The notes beneath the pieces are model-generated. The model was given only the letters and a program-made list of their open reading frames with translations, was not told where the DNA came from and did no database searches. 64,000 nt of DNA from Candidatus Hermodarchaeum yapensis. Lineage in GTDB: Archaea > Asgardarchaeota > Hermodarchaeia > Hermodarchaeales > Hermodarchaeaceae. The translations under genes were made by a program, and so were the position numbers. Position 1 is the first letter of the stretch, and the number at the start of each line of letters is the position of its first letter. Location: assembly GCA_016840405.1 (NCBI GenBank), contig JAEOSK010000007.1, positions 1 through 64,000 on the forward strand, given 5' to 3'. Positions 41,117-51,597 of the stretch are shown here, in pieces.

Positions 41117-41656
41117 ATGAATGAAGTTAGACCTAAACTTTGGTTAAGAGTAACGGAAATAATTCTAGGGCTTCTAGCATTAATTGCTAGCTTTTTCATC
41201 ATGGTGTTTCCCGTTTTCAGTTTGGACCTCTTTATCCTCCTAATTGCTCTTGGTCTTGTAGGGTTAGGGCTAGCCCGGATCCTAAGGGGACTCTTTTCAA
41301 AAGTTCTATCGAGAATTAAACGCGAGTTTAGTATTGTTGTTGGTTTCATTTTACTCGTTGGCTCTCTGTTTATATTTCTCAATCCCTCTATCGCCACATT
41401 TCTCTCTTTCTGGATACTTGCAGCTATCTTGAGTGCCCTTGGACTAGTTCGAATATTTATCGGAGCACTAACCAAAAACTATCCCCAAAAACTCAAATAC
41501 ACACTTGTAATTCTGGGGACCATAACACTACTCTTAGCTTTGATGGCTTTTGTTCTTCCCCTCACAATCGGTTACTTGGTAATCTATCTTCTTGCAATCG
41601 GATTACTAACAGCGGGAATCGGAAGAATAACTCTTGGACTCTTCGGGTTCAAATAG
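41117..41656 (+). CDS. HdeD/DUF308-like membrane protein
   Basis: Repeated TM pairs ending in G..RI..G. Confidence 0.7.
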   Translation: MNEVRPKLWLRVTEIILGLLALIASFFIMVFPVFSLDLFILLIALGLVGLGLARILRGLFSKVLSRIKREFSIVVGFILLVGSLFIFLNPSIATFLSFWILAAILSALGLVRIFIGALTKNYPQKLKYTLVILGTITLLLALMAFVLPLTIGYLVIYLLAIGLLTAGIGRITLGLFGFK

Positions 41657-41767
41657 AATAATGAACTAAAATCCACAATTAGTACAGCACAAACTGCAAA
41701 TAAATAACATTATTTAGGCTACTCGTTGAATTGCCTTCACTGATTTCGAACACCAGTCATTTCCATT

Positions 41768-42682
41768 ATGGTGAATGAGATGCAACCAACTGATCCATTT
41801 ACAGCATTCCTTGAAGCCCTGATATTCTGGTGGCAGCTATGGGGTTGGCGGGTCATTCCAATAATTGGGGTAATCCTTGTATGGATAATATTGATTATTA
41901 CCTATGGTATACTACGACGGGTTCTGAAGAATCGGGCTAGAATTGCAGGTGTGCCTCCTGATGCCATTAATGGACTGATTTTAGCTATCGGATTTGGTCT
42001 CATTTATGTTGGTGTCATAGCTTTCATGGTTGGCTTTCCAGACATCTTTTCATATTTCGTAGTAATATTGGGAACTAGTTCTCTCATCATTGGCGCTGCA
42101 ATTGGTATTGCTGTTGGACAAGCCGTGCGGAATTTTGTTTCAGGTCTTTATGTTATTTTTTCGAGACCTTTTCATGTCGAAGACTACGTTAAGATTGGTG
42201 ATAAAGAAGGAATCGTTAAGGAAATCAGTATGAATTATACAAAACTGTTACAACCAGATGGATCCGATATTCTAGTACCGAATAGCAAGGTTCTCGATTC
42301 GGAAATTACAAATTTTATGTTTGAAAAACAAAAGCTCGCAGGCTTATTAGAAAATATCGAGGAAGTGGACAGAAAACAACGAAGCGTACTTCGCCAAGTG
42401 AGTAAAGTCATCGAAGTTGAGAAAATCGTACGATATGTGTTCCCAATGGCGTTTCATACAAGTCAGGATCTACGAAAACTACGTGACGCCTTAGACCAAG
42501 TTTGCAAAAAATGGGGAACCAAATTCGGCTTCCGACCCGTTTATGAAATCACTGAAGTTGAACAATTCGCCTTTAAATACAATTTTGTCCTTTTTTCAGA
42601 CAATGCAAGAAAAATACTTGAATTCAAACCTGCATTTATGGATGAAATTCTTAATGCAATATTCATTTCTAAAAACACCTGA
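41768..42682 (+). CDS. Small-conductance mechanosensitive channel (MscS family)
   Basis: NFVSGL....RPF.VED.V.IG..EG.V.EI and VPNS motifs. Confidence 0.9.
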   Translation: MVNEMQPTDPFTAFLEALIFWWQLWGWRVIPIIGVILVWIILIITYGILRRVLKNRARIAGVPPDAINGLILAIGFGLIYVGVIAFMVGFPDIFSYFVVILGTSSLIIGAAIGIAVGQAVRNFVSGLYVIFSRPFHVEDYVKIGDKEGIVKEISMNYTKLLQPDGSDILVPNSKVLDSEITNFMFEKQKLAGLLENIEEVDRKQRSVLRQVSKVIEVEKIVRYVFPMAFHTSQDLRKLRDALDQVCKKWGTKFGFRPVYEITEVEQFAFKYNFVLFSDNARKILEFKPAFMDEILNAIFISKNT

Positions 42683-42764
42683 ATGCAATTTTTCAAGTAA
42701 CGAAAATAAAGAACCTAAACCATAATCTGTACACAAACTAAATCACCTAATGATGGTGGATTAG

Positions 42765-43823
42765 ATGTCAAGGTTATTCCAAAAAAAATCTAAAAAATCC
42801 GGTCTTCCTCCAGGAACTCCTGCATACGTTGGTGAAAAGAAGCCTACGGAGACGCGAATCACGATCATTGAGTATGACAAAGAAAACCTCCATGAAAAAG
42901 AAGTCAAAACAATTGAGGAATGTCTTGAGGCTAAAGAGAGTTCGTTGGTAACATGGATAAGAATTACCGGTCTAAAGCAAATACCGCTTTTAGAGCATTT
43001 AGGAAAAGAATTCAAAATTCATCCTCTAGTGATTGAAGATATACTGAACACAACTCAACGACCAAAAATTGAAGATTATAAAGCTTATCTCTTCATAGTC
43101 GTAAAAAACGTTGATTTCACTTCAAAAGAGATTGAATCGAATCAAGTAAGCATCATTTTAGGACCAAATTTTGTTATTTCAATTCAAGAGAATCAAGAAA
43201 CAATTCTCCAACCTATCATAGATAGAATTCGGAATAATCGGGGAATCATTCGACAAATGAAAAACGACTTTTTAGCTTATGCAATATTAGACGCTGTTTT
43301 AGATAACTACTTTACTGCAATCGAAAAATTAAGTGATAAAATTGAGGTAGTAGAAGACGAATTAATCAGTAATCCCGTACAAGATACTCTACACGAAATT
43401 TATCATTTAAAACAAAACCTAATTGTTCTTCGCAAATCAATTTGGCCTTTTAGAGAAGTCGTCAGTCGGATGGAACGAGGTCGCTACACCTTGATTGATG
43501 AGAAACTCCTCATCTACATTCGCGACATCTACGATCATTCTATTCAAGTAATGGAAACCGTAGAAACCTATCGTGATATGCTATCCGGTATGCTTGATAT
43601 CTATCTATCTAGTGTCAGTAATCGAATGAACGAGGTCATGAAGGTTCTCACAATCATTGCCACTATCTTCATTCCACTGACCTTGATTGTAGGAATATAT
43701 GGAATGAATTTTAGATTTATGCCCGAACTTGAAATACCCATTGCCTACCCTCTTGTCTGGCTATCTATGATAATTGTAGGATCAGTTTTAGTTGTGTTTT
43801 TCAAACGAAAGAGATGGATCTGA
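42765..43823 (+). CDS. corA: Magnesium/cobalt transporter CorA
   Basis: GLPPGT, QRPKIE, YGMNF and MPEL motifs. Confidence 0.96.
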   Translation: MSRLFQKKSKKSGLPPGTPAYVGEKKPTETRITIIEYDKENLHEKEVKTIEECLEAKESSLVTWIRITGLKQIPLLEHLGKEFKIHPLVIEDILNTTQRPKIEDYKAYLFIVVKNVDFTSKEIESNQVSIILGPNFVISIQENQETILQPIIDRIRNNRGIIRQMKNDFLAYAILDAVLDNYFTAIEKLSDKIEVVEDELISNPVQDTLHEIYHLKQNLIVLRKSIWPFREVVSRMERGRYTLIDEKLLIYIRDIYDHSIQVMETVETYRDMLSGMLDIYLSSVSNRMNEVMKVLTIIATIFIPLTLIVGIYGMNFRFMPELEIPIAYPLVWLSMIIVGSVLVVFFKRKRWI

Positions 43824-43985
43824 AGTTTTTAATTTCAAATAATTGAACTCGTCAGTACTTCGGAGATCTTCTAAATTTCAAAGAAGATTATCACAACATA
43901 TTCAATACAATATAGAAAACATAATCAAATTTTGTTCATGCAGAATCGACTAATTGTTGACATAATTATATGACTTCATACGATT

Positions 43986-44261
43986 TCAAGTTACGACTCG
44001 TTGCTCGGCTAATTCTTTTAATCGCACTAGCCCCAAATTGATCTTGTCTTTCAATTCTGCGACATCCTTTTCTTCAGCTTCTTTTTTATCAAAGAGCACT
44101 ACTACTGAAAGCTGAAGCTTTCTTAACGAAAGAAATATCTGATAACTCATTTGATGTTGTTCAGGGATGTCAATCGAATAAGTTACCGGCCAATCCCATT
44201 CTTTTGTAGTTTGCTTAATGAATTGCTTAATCCAAAAGGAAAGTTCATTTTCTAATGTCAT
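43986..44261 (-). CDS. Hypothetical protein
   Basis: 91-aa ORF with ATG start and protein-like composition. Confidence 0.55.
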   Translation of the reverse strand: MTLENELSFWIKQFIKQTTKEWDWPVTYSIDIPEQHQMSYQIFLSLRKLQLSVVVLFDKKEAEEKDVAELKDKINLGLVRLKELAEQRVVT

Positions 44262-44586
44262 TTTGCTTCCTTAAATTTTTTTTTCGAGGAAATAAAAATA
44301 CTATGGAACTCTTTTATTGACTCCACCTTTTATATTCTGTTCCATATATTTCTGTTTAGTTCGTTGGTTTGGAGACGCGTATAGAATTTGTCTAAGTGGC
44401 CATAGTCGATTTTTGGATTAGCTGTTCTTTGTTTGTCTTAGATCTGCGTCATGAAGAATGGTAACACACCCAGGGATTTGAGTTCGGTTAAAGTCGGAAT
44501 GAAGGTTTATGGTGTCCTCTACTTTTGGTGCTACATTCCTTTGAATGAATGCTCTCAAGATGCAATTCTAATATTCATCTATTGAT

Positions 44587-44967
44587 TTATTCAATACCTA
44601 ATCGGGATGTTATTTTGACTAAGATGAAGATGACAAACGCCACTACGAGAAATGTGATTAGCTCTTGGATGAATAGAGTTGGAGTGAAGGTTGCAATTGG
44701 AGGCGCTTCCCATCCAATTGAAACGAATAGCACTGATAGAATCGGTGTTATGAAACTGGCAACTAACTGGGATACAAGTCGTCCAAGGTAAAGAGCCATA
44801 ATAAACGCAACAGCGAGACCCATTACCTTGTATTCTTTGAGAAAGTCTTTGAACTCTTGCCACAAACCTCTCTTTTCGGGTGGTGGTGGAGGCGGAGCTG
44901 GTTCAATGGCTTCTCTAATTCGCTTTAATTCTTCTAACATTTGATCTTCTTTTGACATTTCCATCAA
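44587..44967 (-). CDS. mscL: Large-conductance mechanosensitive channel MscL-family protein
   Basis: EFKDFL...VMGLAVAFIM...LVS.LV...ITP and F....ITFL.VAFVIF motifs. Confidence 0.85.
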   Translation of the reverse strand: MMEMSKEDQMLEELKRIREAIEPAPPPPPPEKRGLWQEFKDFLKEYKVMGLAVAFIMALYLGRLVSQLVASFITPILSVLFVSIGWEAPPIATFTPTLFIQELITFLVVAFVIFILVKITSRLGIE

Positions 44968-45116
44968 TTCCTAGCGAATTTGAATACTCTTGTTCTCCGT
45001 ATTTATAATGTTAAATAAGTTCAATCAAACCGTTGAATGTGGGCTTAACCTTGAAGGGGGGAAAAGGATTTTACACTTCTATTACTTACTACTGACGCGT
45101 TACTCTTATTTGGTGA

Positions 45117-45800
<684 letters not shown>

Positions 45801-45818
45801 ATGAAAAATCTGAACGAT

Positions 45819-46100
45819 TCATTTGGATTTGCGTTGTCGCTCATCAATTTCTTTGTAGAGTTTTAATTTCGTCTCGCGGTGGTGTTTGACAGCCAGTGTG
45901 AGATCTTGGATGAGGTTGGTCATTTCCGTGTCACTTAATTTGATGGTTTGAGCGTTTCCTTCACCGTCTGCGACGCGCACAAAGAATCCACCTTCTTTTA
46001 TGTAGCGATCTTTTTTTGTTTCGGGTGGAAAACCATCAACAGTAAGAACTGATGAAATCTTTTGCTCGAAGAAATGAACTATCTCTGCTACTTTAGTCAA
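45819..46100 (-). CDS. Hypothetical protein (possible PC4/Whirly-like fold)
   Basis: GGFFVRV...QTIKLSDTEM..L: beta strands followed by a helix. Confidence 0.55.
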   Translation of the reverse strand: MTKVAEIVHFFEQKISSVLTVDGFPPETKKDRYIKEGGFFVRVADGEGNAQTIKLSDTEMTNLIQDLTLAVKHHRETKLKLYKEIDERQRKSK

Positions 46101-46309
46101 GATTTAGTCACCGATGGCTTATCTACTAAGACCCCCTATAAAGCACTCTCTTTAACGTGAATACTGTATTTTTACTCTCATCTATTCACTTAGTTTTTTG
46201 CTTCGACATGCTTTTATGGATGTCAATATCTTCTCCCTAAGCAAACACGTGTTCTCTTGTGGGAGAACCGTTCAAGTATCGAAAAACAACATGTCTTATC
46301 GAGGAATGA

Positions 46310-46987
46310 TTGATGCCTAGAAATCCAAAGCCAGACATATTCCTTGGCTTTCGTGCGGAAGAAAAAGTCATGGAATTAGGTCAAAAACATGCTGCGAATG
46401 TCTCTTTAATCTTAAGCAAACTCCAACAGGCCATAGCCTTCAAATTAAATGGAAATACCAAGAGCTGTAAAAAAAATGTCCAAGAAATTTCTCAGCTAGA
46501 AAATGACGCTGATCAACTACGTCGTACAATGTTACGCGATTTAACAACAAGTGCTCTTGAAGCTGCTGATAGGGAGAGCCTGGTTCGGTTTGCCAAAGCC
46601 TTAGATAGGGTAGCTGACTGGGCTAATGACGCCGCAAGAATCTTAGCACTTGTTCCACTAGCGGACATCAGCCAGGAGTTCAAATCCCTTTTTACGGAAA
46701 TCACCCAATTACTTGTGAATATGGGTAATTACCTACAAGAAGCAACTAACGCGATTGTTGATGACTTGGATAAAGCAAAGATGTTAGGGGACAAAATTGA
46801 AGCCGCTGAAAAGGTAATCGACGAAGTCTATACCAAAGGTTTGGGCTTCCTACTCGAACTGGGTTCGACCCACTCCGCAGCTGTGGTAGTGCTAGTGCGG
46901 GACTTATTACACAACCTTGAGAATACAGCTGATACGGCTGAAGATGCCGTGGATCAACTTCGCATTATAATACTACGTCATTCCTAA
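46310..46987 (+). CDS. DUF47/PhoU-like phosphate transport regulator
   Basis: LENDADQLRR...DRE.L...LDRVAD and LENTADTAED motifs. Confidence 0.85.
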   Translation: MMPRNPKPDIFLGFRAEEKVMELGQKHAANVSLILSKLQQAIAFKLNGNTKSCKKNVQEISQLENDADQLRRTMLRDLTTSALEAADRESLVRFAKALDRVADWANDAARILALVPLADISQEFKSLFTEITQLLVNMGNYLQEATNAIVDDLDKAKMLGDKIEAAEKVIDEVYTKGLGFLLELGSTHSAAVVVLVRDLLHNLENTADTAEDAVDQLRIIILRHS

Positions 46988-47158
46988 TTCCAATGCGTTT
47001 GAATGGACTATGATAGAAGATTTACTCCGGAAATGCTACTTCTTTGGGCATTGAATTTTCCGCTCTTATGTACCACCTAGGCTTTATACTTCGACAATCT
47101 TTTATGGGCTCCCTCGTCTTCAGGTAACGAAACTTCGCGTTGTGATCTTGGTCGATGT

Positions 47159-47707
47159 GTGACTCTGAGGGGTAATGAACAAGACCGCGAAGAAGTCGTG
47201 GCTACGGAGATAATTAAATTGCGATGGTTTAGACGAAAAAGTAAGGACGAGGCCGAAACTACAGTAGAAAAATCCACTAGCAGAGTGGAATTACCTGAAA
47301 GCTCTCTGGAATCGATAATTAATCCTTTACATTCCTTTGAAAAACGATTGGATGAGATGTTTGAAGATCCAGCTGTCGTAGCGAAAACAAAAGCCTTGCA
47401 GGATACTCGAATCCAACTAATTGTGGGTGGAGAAGCGCTTCTCCTCAGTAAGACTGGCGTAAAACCCCTAACACTTTCTATTGAACGCAGTACTCAAGTT
47501 GATGTATTCATTCGTATCTCAGAAGAAGCAGCAGGGGAACTGGCTACCACCACAACACTTCCTGAATTCAAACAATTGTACAAACAACTGGTTAGTGCCA
47601 AGGGAGCTGCTTCCTACATCTCCATTAAACTGCACACACCTTTAGATGAACTTCGTCGGAAGGGTTACTTCACTATAGAACTGCTTCGAATCCTAATCGA
47701 TGCCTAA
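47159..47707 (+). CDS. Hypothetical protein (possible SCP2-like fold)
   Basis: 182-aa ORF; DVFIRISEEAA.EL pattern. Confidence 0.55.
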   Translation: MTLRGNEQDREEVVATEIIKLRWFRRKSKDEAETTVEKSTSRVELPESSLESIINPLHSFEKRLDEMFEDPAVVAKTKALQDTRIQLIVGGEALLLSKTGVKPLTLSIERSTQVDVFIRISEEAAGELATTTTLPEFKQLYKQLVSAKGAASYISIKLHTPLDELRRKGYFTIELLRILIDA

Positions 47708-47715
47708 GCATCTAT

Positions 47716-48105
47716 TTACAGAATCAACCATTGGGCAACGGCTCTTGTCAAGACAGTTGCTTGATCATCACATTCAATTTTTGATAGTGGCATATACAAC
47801 GCCTTAGGAAAATCAAGGCTCAGTGTGTTGTTGACAGGAACTACTCTGATAATTGCCGGAATCTTTTTTGAGTGTGAACCAGAGATCGGCATGTTTGTCA
47901 GGTATAGCGTTTGTAGAGGAAACTCGCTGAGACCCATCTTCTCAATGAGGTCCTGAATACTTTGAACTGCTTTTTCTTCTGGGGCAATCACAAGACCAGG
48001 AAGTTCCAGCTCTCCATCCTCATTTTCTCTAACAAGCATCTTCTTATTTCTAACGACAATTGTCATAGCCGTTGCAAGGAGAGGAGTAGCAGGCATATTC
48101 CACAC
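47716..48105 (-). CDS. Degenerate Nudix-fold protein
   Basis: IVVRNKKMLV...LELPG.VI.PEE; lacks the REUXEE box. Confidence 0.55.
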   Translation of the reverse strand: MWNMPATPLLATAMTIVVRNKKMLVRENEDGELELPGLVIAPEEKAVQSIQDLIEKMGLSEFPLQTLYLTNMPISGSHSKKIPAIIRVVPVNNTLSLDFPKALYMPLSKIECDDQATVLTRAVAQWLIL

Positions 48106-48208
48106 TTTCTGAATCTGTATAAGGTTGGTATCAGTTAACTAGGAGAAGTAATGAGTTTTTAATACTCCTCTTAGAATCAGGGTATTTGATTGATTTGTTG
48201 GTGTTCAT

Positions 48209-48760
48209 GTGACTGAGCCATCCTCCCCTTCACGTAGAAAACGGTTAGTTCATACTCTTCATCTGCTCATTAGTCACCACGAACCACCATATATGAATCG
48301 AACTTGGAGTATCTCTTTTCGAGGTCGCACCCTTCATATTTGTACTAGGTGTTCAGCGCTTTTGGTGGGTATCGTAGCTGGACTTTTCATCCATCTGTAT
48401 ATTTTCCTAATTCCCATGAATCCCCTCACTTTCTTTGGTGCGTTTCTTCTCAGTATTCCCGCCGTCATAGACTGGTCGACCCAAACACTCGAACTGCGAG
48501 AAAGCCGCAATTTCATCCGCGCCATCTCTGGTTTCCTATTGGGATATGCGGTGGGCTTGGTTCTCGCTTCTAACGATGTCATTTACTGGATTCTCGTCGC
48601 TGTGCTGTACAGTGGGTATACAATCATTTTTGGCACCCTTGCCCCCCGAATCATCCAAAGACGCGAAAAACGTGAATCACCCCAACAAGACATTCCACCT
48701 CTACTTCCGCCAGCTTCATCCACTCGTAGAACTACTCATGCTGGGCGTGACGAAGAGTAG
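48209..48760 (+). CDS. DUF2085-like membrane protein
   Basis: ICTRCSA...G, P.VIDW.TQ...RES.N.IR.ISG.L.G pattern. Confidence 0.75.
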   Translation: MTEPSSPSRRKRLVHTLHLLISHHEPPYMNRTWSISFRGRTLHICTRCSALLVGIVAGLFIHLYIFLIPMNPLTFFGAFLLSIPAVIDWSTQTLELRESRNFIRAISGFLLGYAVGLVLASNDVIYWILVAVLYSGYTIIFGTLAPRIIQRREKRESPQQDIPPLLPPASSTRRTTHAGRDEE

Positions 48761-48823
48761 GTTTTATAAGGCGCATTCTAGTGTTAAGGGCATCACTCTC
48801 CTGGTTGGAGGGACCTAGATACA

Positions 48824-49153
48824 ATGTCTGAAGCAAAGCCTGAAACCACGGATGAAAAAACGTTCATCACTATTGATGCGATAGATCTAGTTAAACACGG
48901 GTCTGAACTTGGAGCTGCGCTCGCTAACTTTCTCGGAGAAAAACTCGACAAGGATATTCAGGTTTCTTTGGCTGAAAATGAAGTATACGTTCGTAGTGAC
49001 AAACCAGCTCATCCTTCAAAGACTCAACTTCGCGTTTACTTGAAGCGATTCCTCCACCTGAACGCGTTACGAGAGGATCTAAAACTCATTTCTCCTGGCA
49101 AAGACAAATTTGCAATCATCGAGTACGTCACAGTTGTATATGTGGAAGAATAG
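48824..49153 (+). CDS. rpl22e: Ribosomal protein eL22-like
   Basis: ITID...LANFL.EK...SKTQLRVYLKRFLH...LREDLKLIS matches the eL22 pattern (FSKRYLKYLTKKYL...LRDWLRVV). Confidence 0.72.
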   Translation: MSEAKPETTDEKTFITIDAIDLVKHGSELGAALANFLGEKLDKDIQVSLAENEVYVRSDKPAHPSKTQLRVYLKRFLHLNALREDLKLISPGKDKFAIIEYVTVVYVEE

Positions 49154-49528
49154 AACCTTCTTGGCAACTATTTTCGACATCTACGTGATTTTTTCCCGAA
49201 ATTTTCTGAGTCGCTACTCTCTTTTGCCACAAGGTTTAAGAATACAAAGCCGACTAAAACCTCGTATAACCGAATTGGCGGAGATAGGACACTGGGGCAC
49301 ACGGAACTCCCTCCTTTCCCAATATTTCCATCTCCCCTCCTCCTCGCAAAAATTAAGCTTTTCCAAACCCCAGGTCCCTCCATCGCCTTCGCAAAACATG
49401 CTCATCGCGCGGATATCCCTCTCTTGCTATGATGTGTCATTGTTTTGTAGACGGGGCTAAGGGCTAAATAACTTAAACCTTAAGGCTTAAGACTCCTCAT
49501 TCAAGCGTTTAACTAGCGGGGTCACATA

Positions 49529-50047
49529 ATGCGGCATCTAAAGATCTTAGTAATTGGTCATCAAGGCGTTGGAAAAACGACCCTCATAAAGAGTGTTACA
49601 AAGAACACTATTTCCACTGATGTTAACGGTCGCACGGTTTGCCTTGATTTTGGTACCCTTGAATATCGTGACCTCAAAGCCCATCTTTTTGGGAGTCCCG
49701 GTATGCGGCAGTTCAATCTGGTCAGAAAGGCTTTGTCTTCAGGTTCTGATGGAGTCATTTTGGTTGTTGATAGCACTGACCCTGGATCCATTCGCGAGGG
49801 TGAAAGGTACCTGCGCGAGCTCTTTGGCGTTGATCCTCCTCCCTTAGTGGTTGCCGCTAATAAGCAAGATTTACCTGGGGCGATTCATCCGAAAAAAATC
49901 GAAAATATCCTCAATGTTCCTGCTCCCGTATTTCCCACACAGGCTCATCGTGGTATTGGACTTGACCCTCTTATCATCAATTTCATTCGATACCTCGGTG
50001 AGATTGGCAAGGGCTTGAATCTCCCTACTCTTATTGAAAAAGCATAA
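49529..50047 (+). CDS. Small Ras-superfamily GTPase (MglA/ATP_bind_1-like)
   Basis: G1 GHQGVGKT, TVCLDFG, HLFGSPG and G4 NKQD motifs. Confidence 0.9.
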   Translation: MRHLKILVIGHQGVGKTTLIKSVTKNTISTDVNGRTVCLDFGTLEYRDLKAHLFGSPGMRQFNLVRKALSSGSDGVILVVDSTDPGSIREGERYLRELFGVDPPPLVVAANKQDLPGAIHPKKIENILNVPAPVFPTQAHRGIGLDPLIINFIRYLGEIGKGLNLPTLIEKA

Positions 50048-50155
50048 TCCAACGGTAAACTTAGGATACAACAAGGTTCATTTCCTTTCTTGCGGAATTT
50101 GCACAATGCTTTTTAACGAGAGATTATCTGTTGCTTCAATCCGGAGGATAGTCCA

Positions 50156-50473
50156 ATGGTCGAAGAGTTAACTGATGACACGATTGAAGATTTTATCAAA
50201 GAACACGAGGTTGTCATCCTCGACATCTACACCGTTTGGTGTGGACCCTGTAAGATGCAGGCAGCGATTCTTGCTGATTTAGGGAAAGGGTTGGATGCAA
50301 AGCGTGTTGTAATCGCCAAGCTTGATGCAGATCAAGCTCCTATAACTTCACAAAAATATCAGATTCGTGCCATACCAACCCTAATTCTGTTCAAGGATGG
50401 AAATCCAGTCAAAACACATGTTGGTGTCTGGCCACGGGAAGAAATCGAAAACGAACTCGCTGCAATACTTTAG
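50156..50473 (+). CDS. trxA: Thioredoxin
   Basis: WCGPC active site; IPTL..FK.G. Confidence 0.95.
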   Translation: MVEELTDDTIEDFIKEHEVVILDIYTVWCGPCKMQAAILADLGKGLDAKRVVIAKLDADQAPITSQKYQIRAIPTLILFKDGNPVKTHVGVWPREEIENELAAIL

Positions 50474-50617
50474 GTTCCTGAATTCTAAACGGTTCAATCC
50501 AATCCAGTCCAGCTTGATTATATTCATCAGGCAGACAGCAAAACAGCTAGTCACTCTATTCCAATCTACCTGACATCACAATTCCTTTTTGTGACGTATG
50601 GAAAGAAGAGCTAACCT

Positions 50618-51415
50618 CTAGAAGAAGAACGTCCGCCTTTTCGGCTTATCCTCATCATCTTCAGTTGCTTCAGGCTCTGCTGGAGTCGTTGCCACTGGGG
50701 TTGGTTCAGGTACAGCGGCTGGTTCCGGAGGAGGTACTGGATCAGGAGCTGGCTCAGGTGTTGGTTCGAAAGTAGGTGCTGGTTCAGCTGGAACTTCAAA
50801 TTCGGGAGCTGGTTCGAAGCTAGGCGCTGGTTCTGGTTCAATTTCAAGTGGAAGTTCAGGTTCAAGTGTTGGTTCTAGTTCCGGAGTTACTGGCTCTTCA
50901 GGTGCAAGAAACACATCGGGGGCAGGTGGGGCTTCGATGGGTTCAGGTTCCGGAATAGGTTCAGGTTCAGGGATGGGTTCAGGTACTGGCTCTGGAACTT
51001 CCGCAGGTTCGGGAACCGGAGGAACAGGCGGAGGTGTAGCTTCTGGTTCAGGCTCAGGAATAGGTTCTGGCTCGGGTTCAGGTTCAAGGGTGGGTTCGAA
51101 CTCAGGGAGAGGCTCGGGTTCAGGTTCGGCTTCAGGCTGAGATTCGATTTCTTGGAGACCTGGAAGGATATCTTCAACAGCAGCTTCATCTTCGCCGAAG
51201 GTTACACCAAGAATTTCCTTAAGGCACGGTGCACATTTCTGACGCACGGCTTCAAGGGCTTCAGTAACGAAAGTTTCGATTGTGCGATCCTCGCTAGGAT
51301 TCTTTTCTTTCCAGAATAGGAACGTTTGTGTCATACGTAGAGCATCACGTACGCCGTTCCAATACATTTGTCCAAATTCTTCCTGTGACATTTCGTAGTT
51401 ACACCTTTCCCACAA
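50618..51415 (-). CDS. Pro/Glu-rich low-complexity protein
   Basis: Helical N-terminal domain, long (PE)n tract, C-terminal KPKRRTFFF. Start probably MSQEE (~51391). Confidence 0.75.
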   Translation of the reverse strand: MWERCNYEMSQEEFGQMYWNGVRDALRMTQTFLFWKEKNPSEDRTIETFVTEALEAVRQKCAPCLKEILGVTFGEDEAAVEDILPGLQEIESQPEAEPEPEPLPEFEPTLEPEPEPEPIPEPEPEATPPPVPPVPEPAEVPEPVPEPIPEPEPIPEPEPIEAPPAPDVFLAPEEPVTPELEPTLEPELPLEIEPEPAPSFEPAPEFEVPAEPAPTFEPTPEPAPDPVPPPEPAAVPEPTPVATTPAEPEATEDDEDKPKRRTFFF

Positions 51416-51597
51416 ATATGGAAGCGTAATAACTTCTCTGCACTTTTGTGCGGTATTTAACCACTCGCACGTATTGCTTAAAATGTTTCGTCACCCTAGC
51501 ACCCCTAGTATGCCCTTTTTGAGAAAGGCATAAAGCAGGAAATGGCTCCAACAGCCTATGGTTAGGTGTTCAATTTCGTCATTGGTGTTGGTCCTAA

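Noticed and set aside
44262-44586. Possible gene remnant downstream of mscL
   Set aside because: Only a ~44-codon ORF with a weak OB-like phrase; insufficient evidence.
49154-49500. Short overlapping ORFs between eL22 and the GTPase
   Set aside because: Several competing frames with no recognisable motif; none can be supported.
50937-51140. Gly/Ser-repeat ORF on the + strand
   Set aside because: It is the antisense shadow of the Pro/Glu repeat gene.
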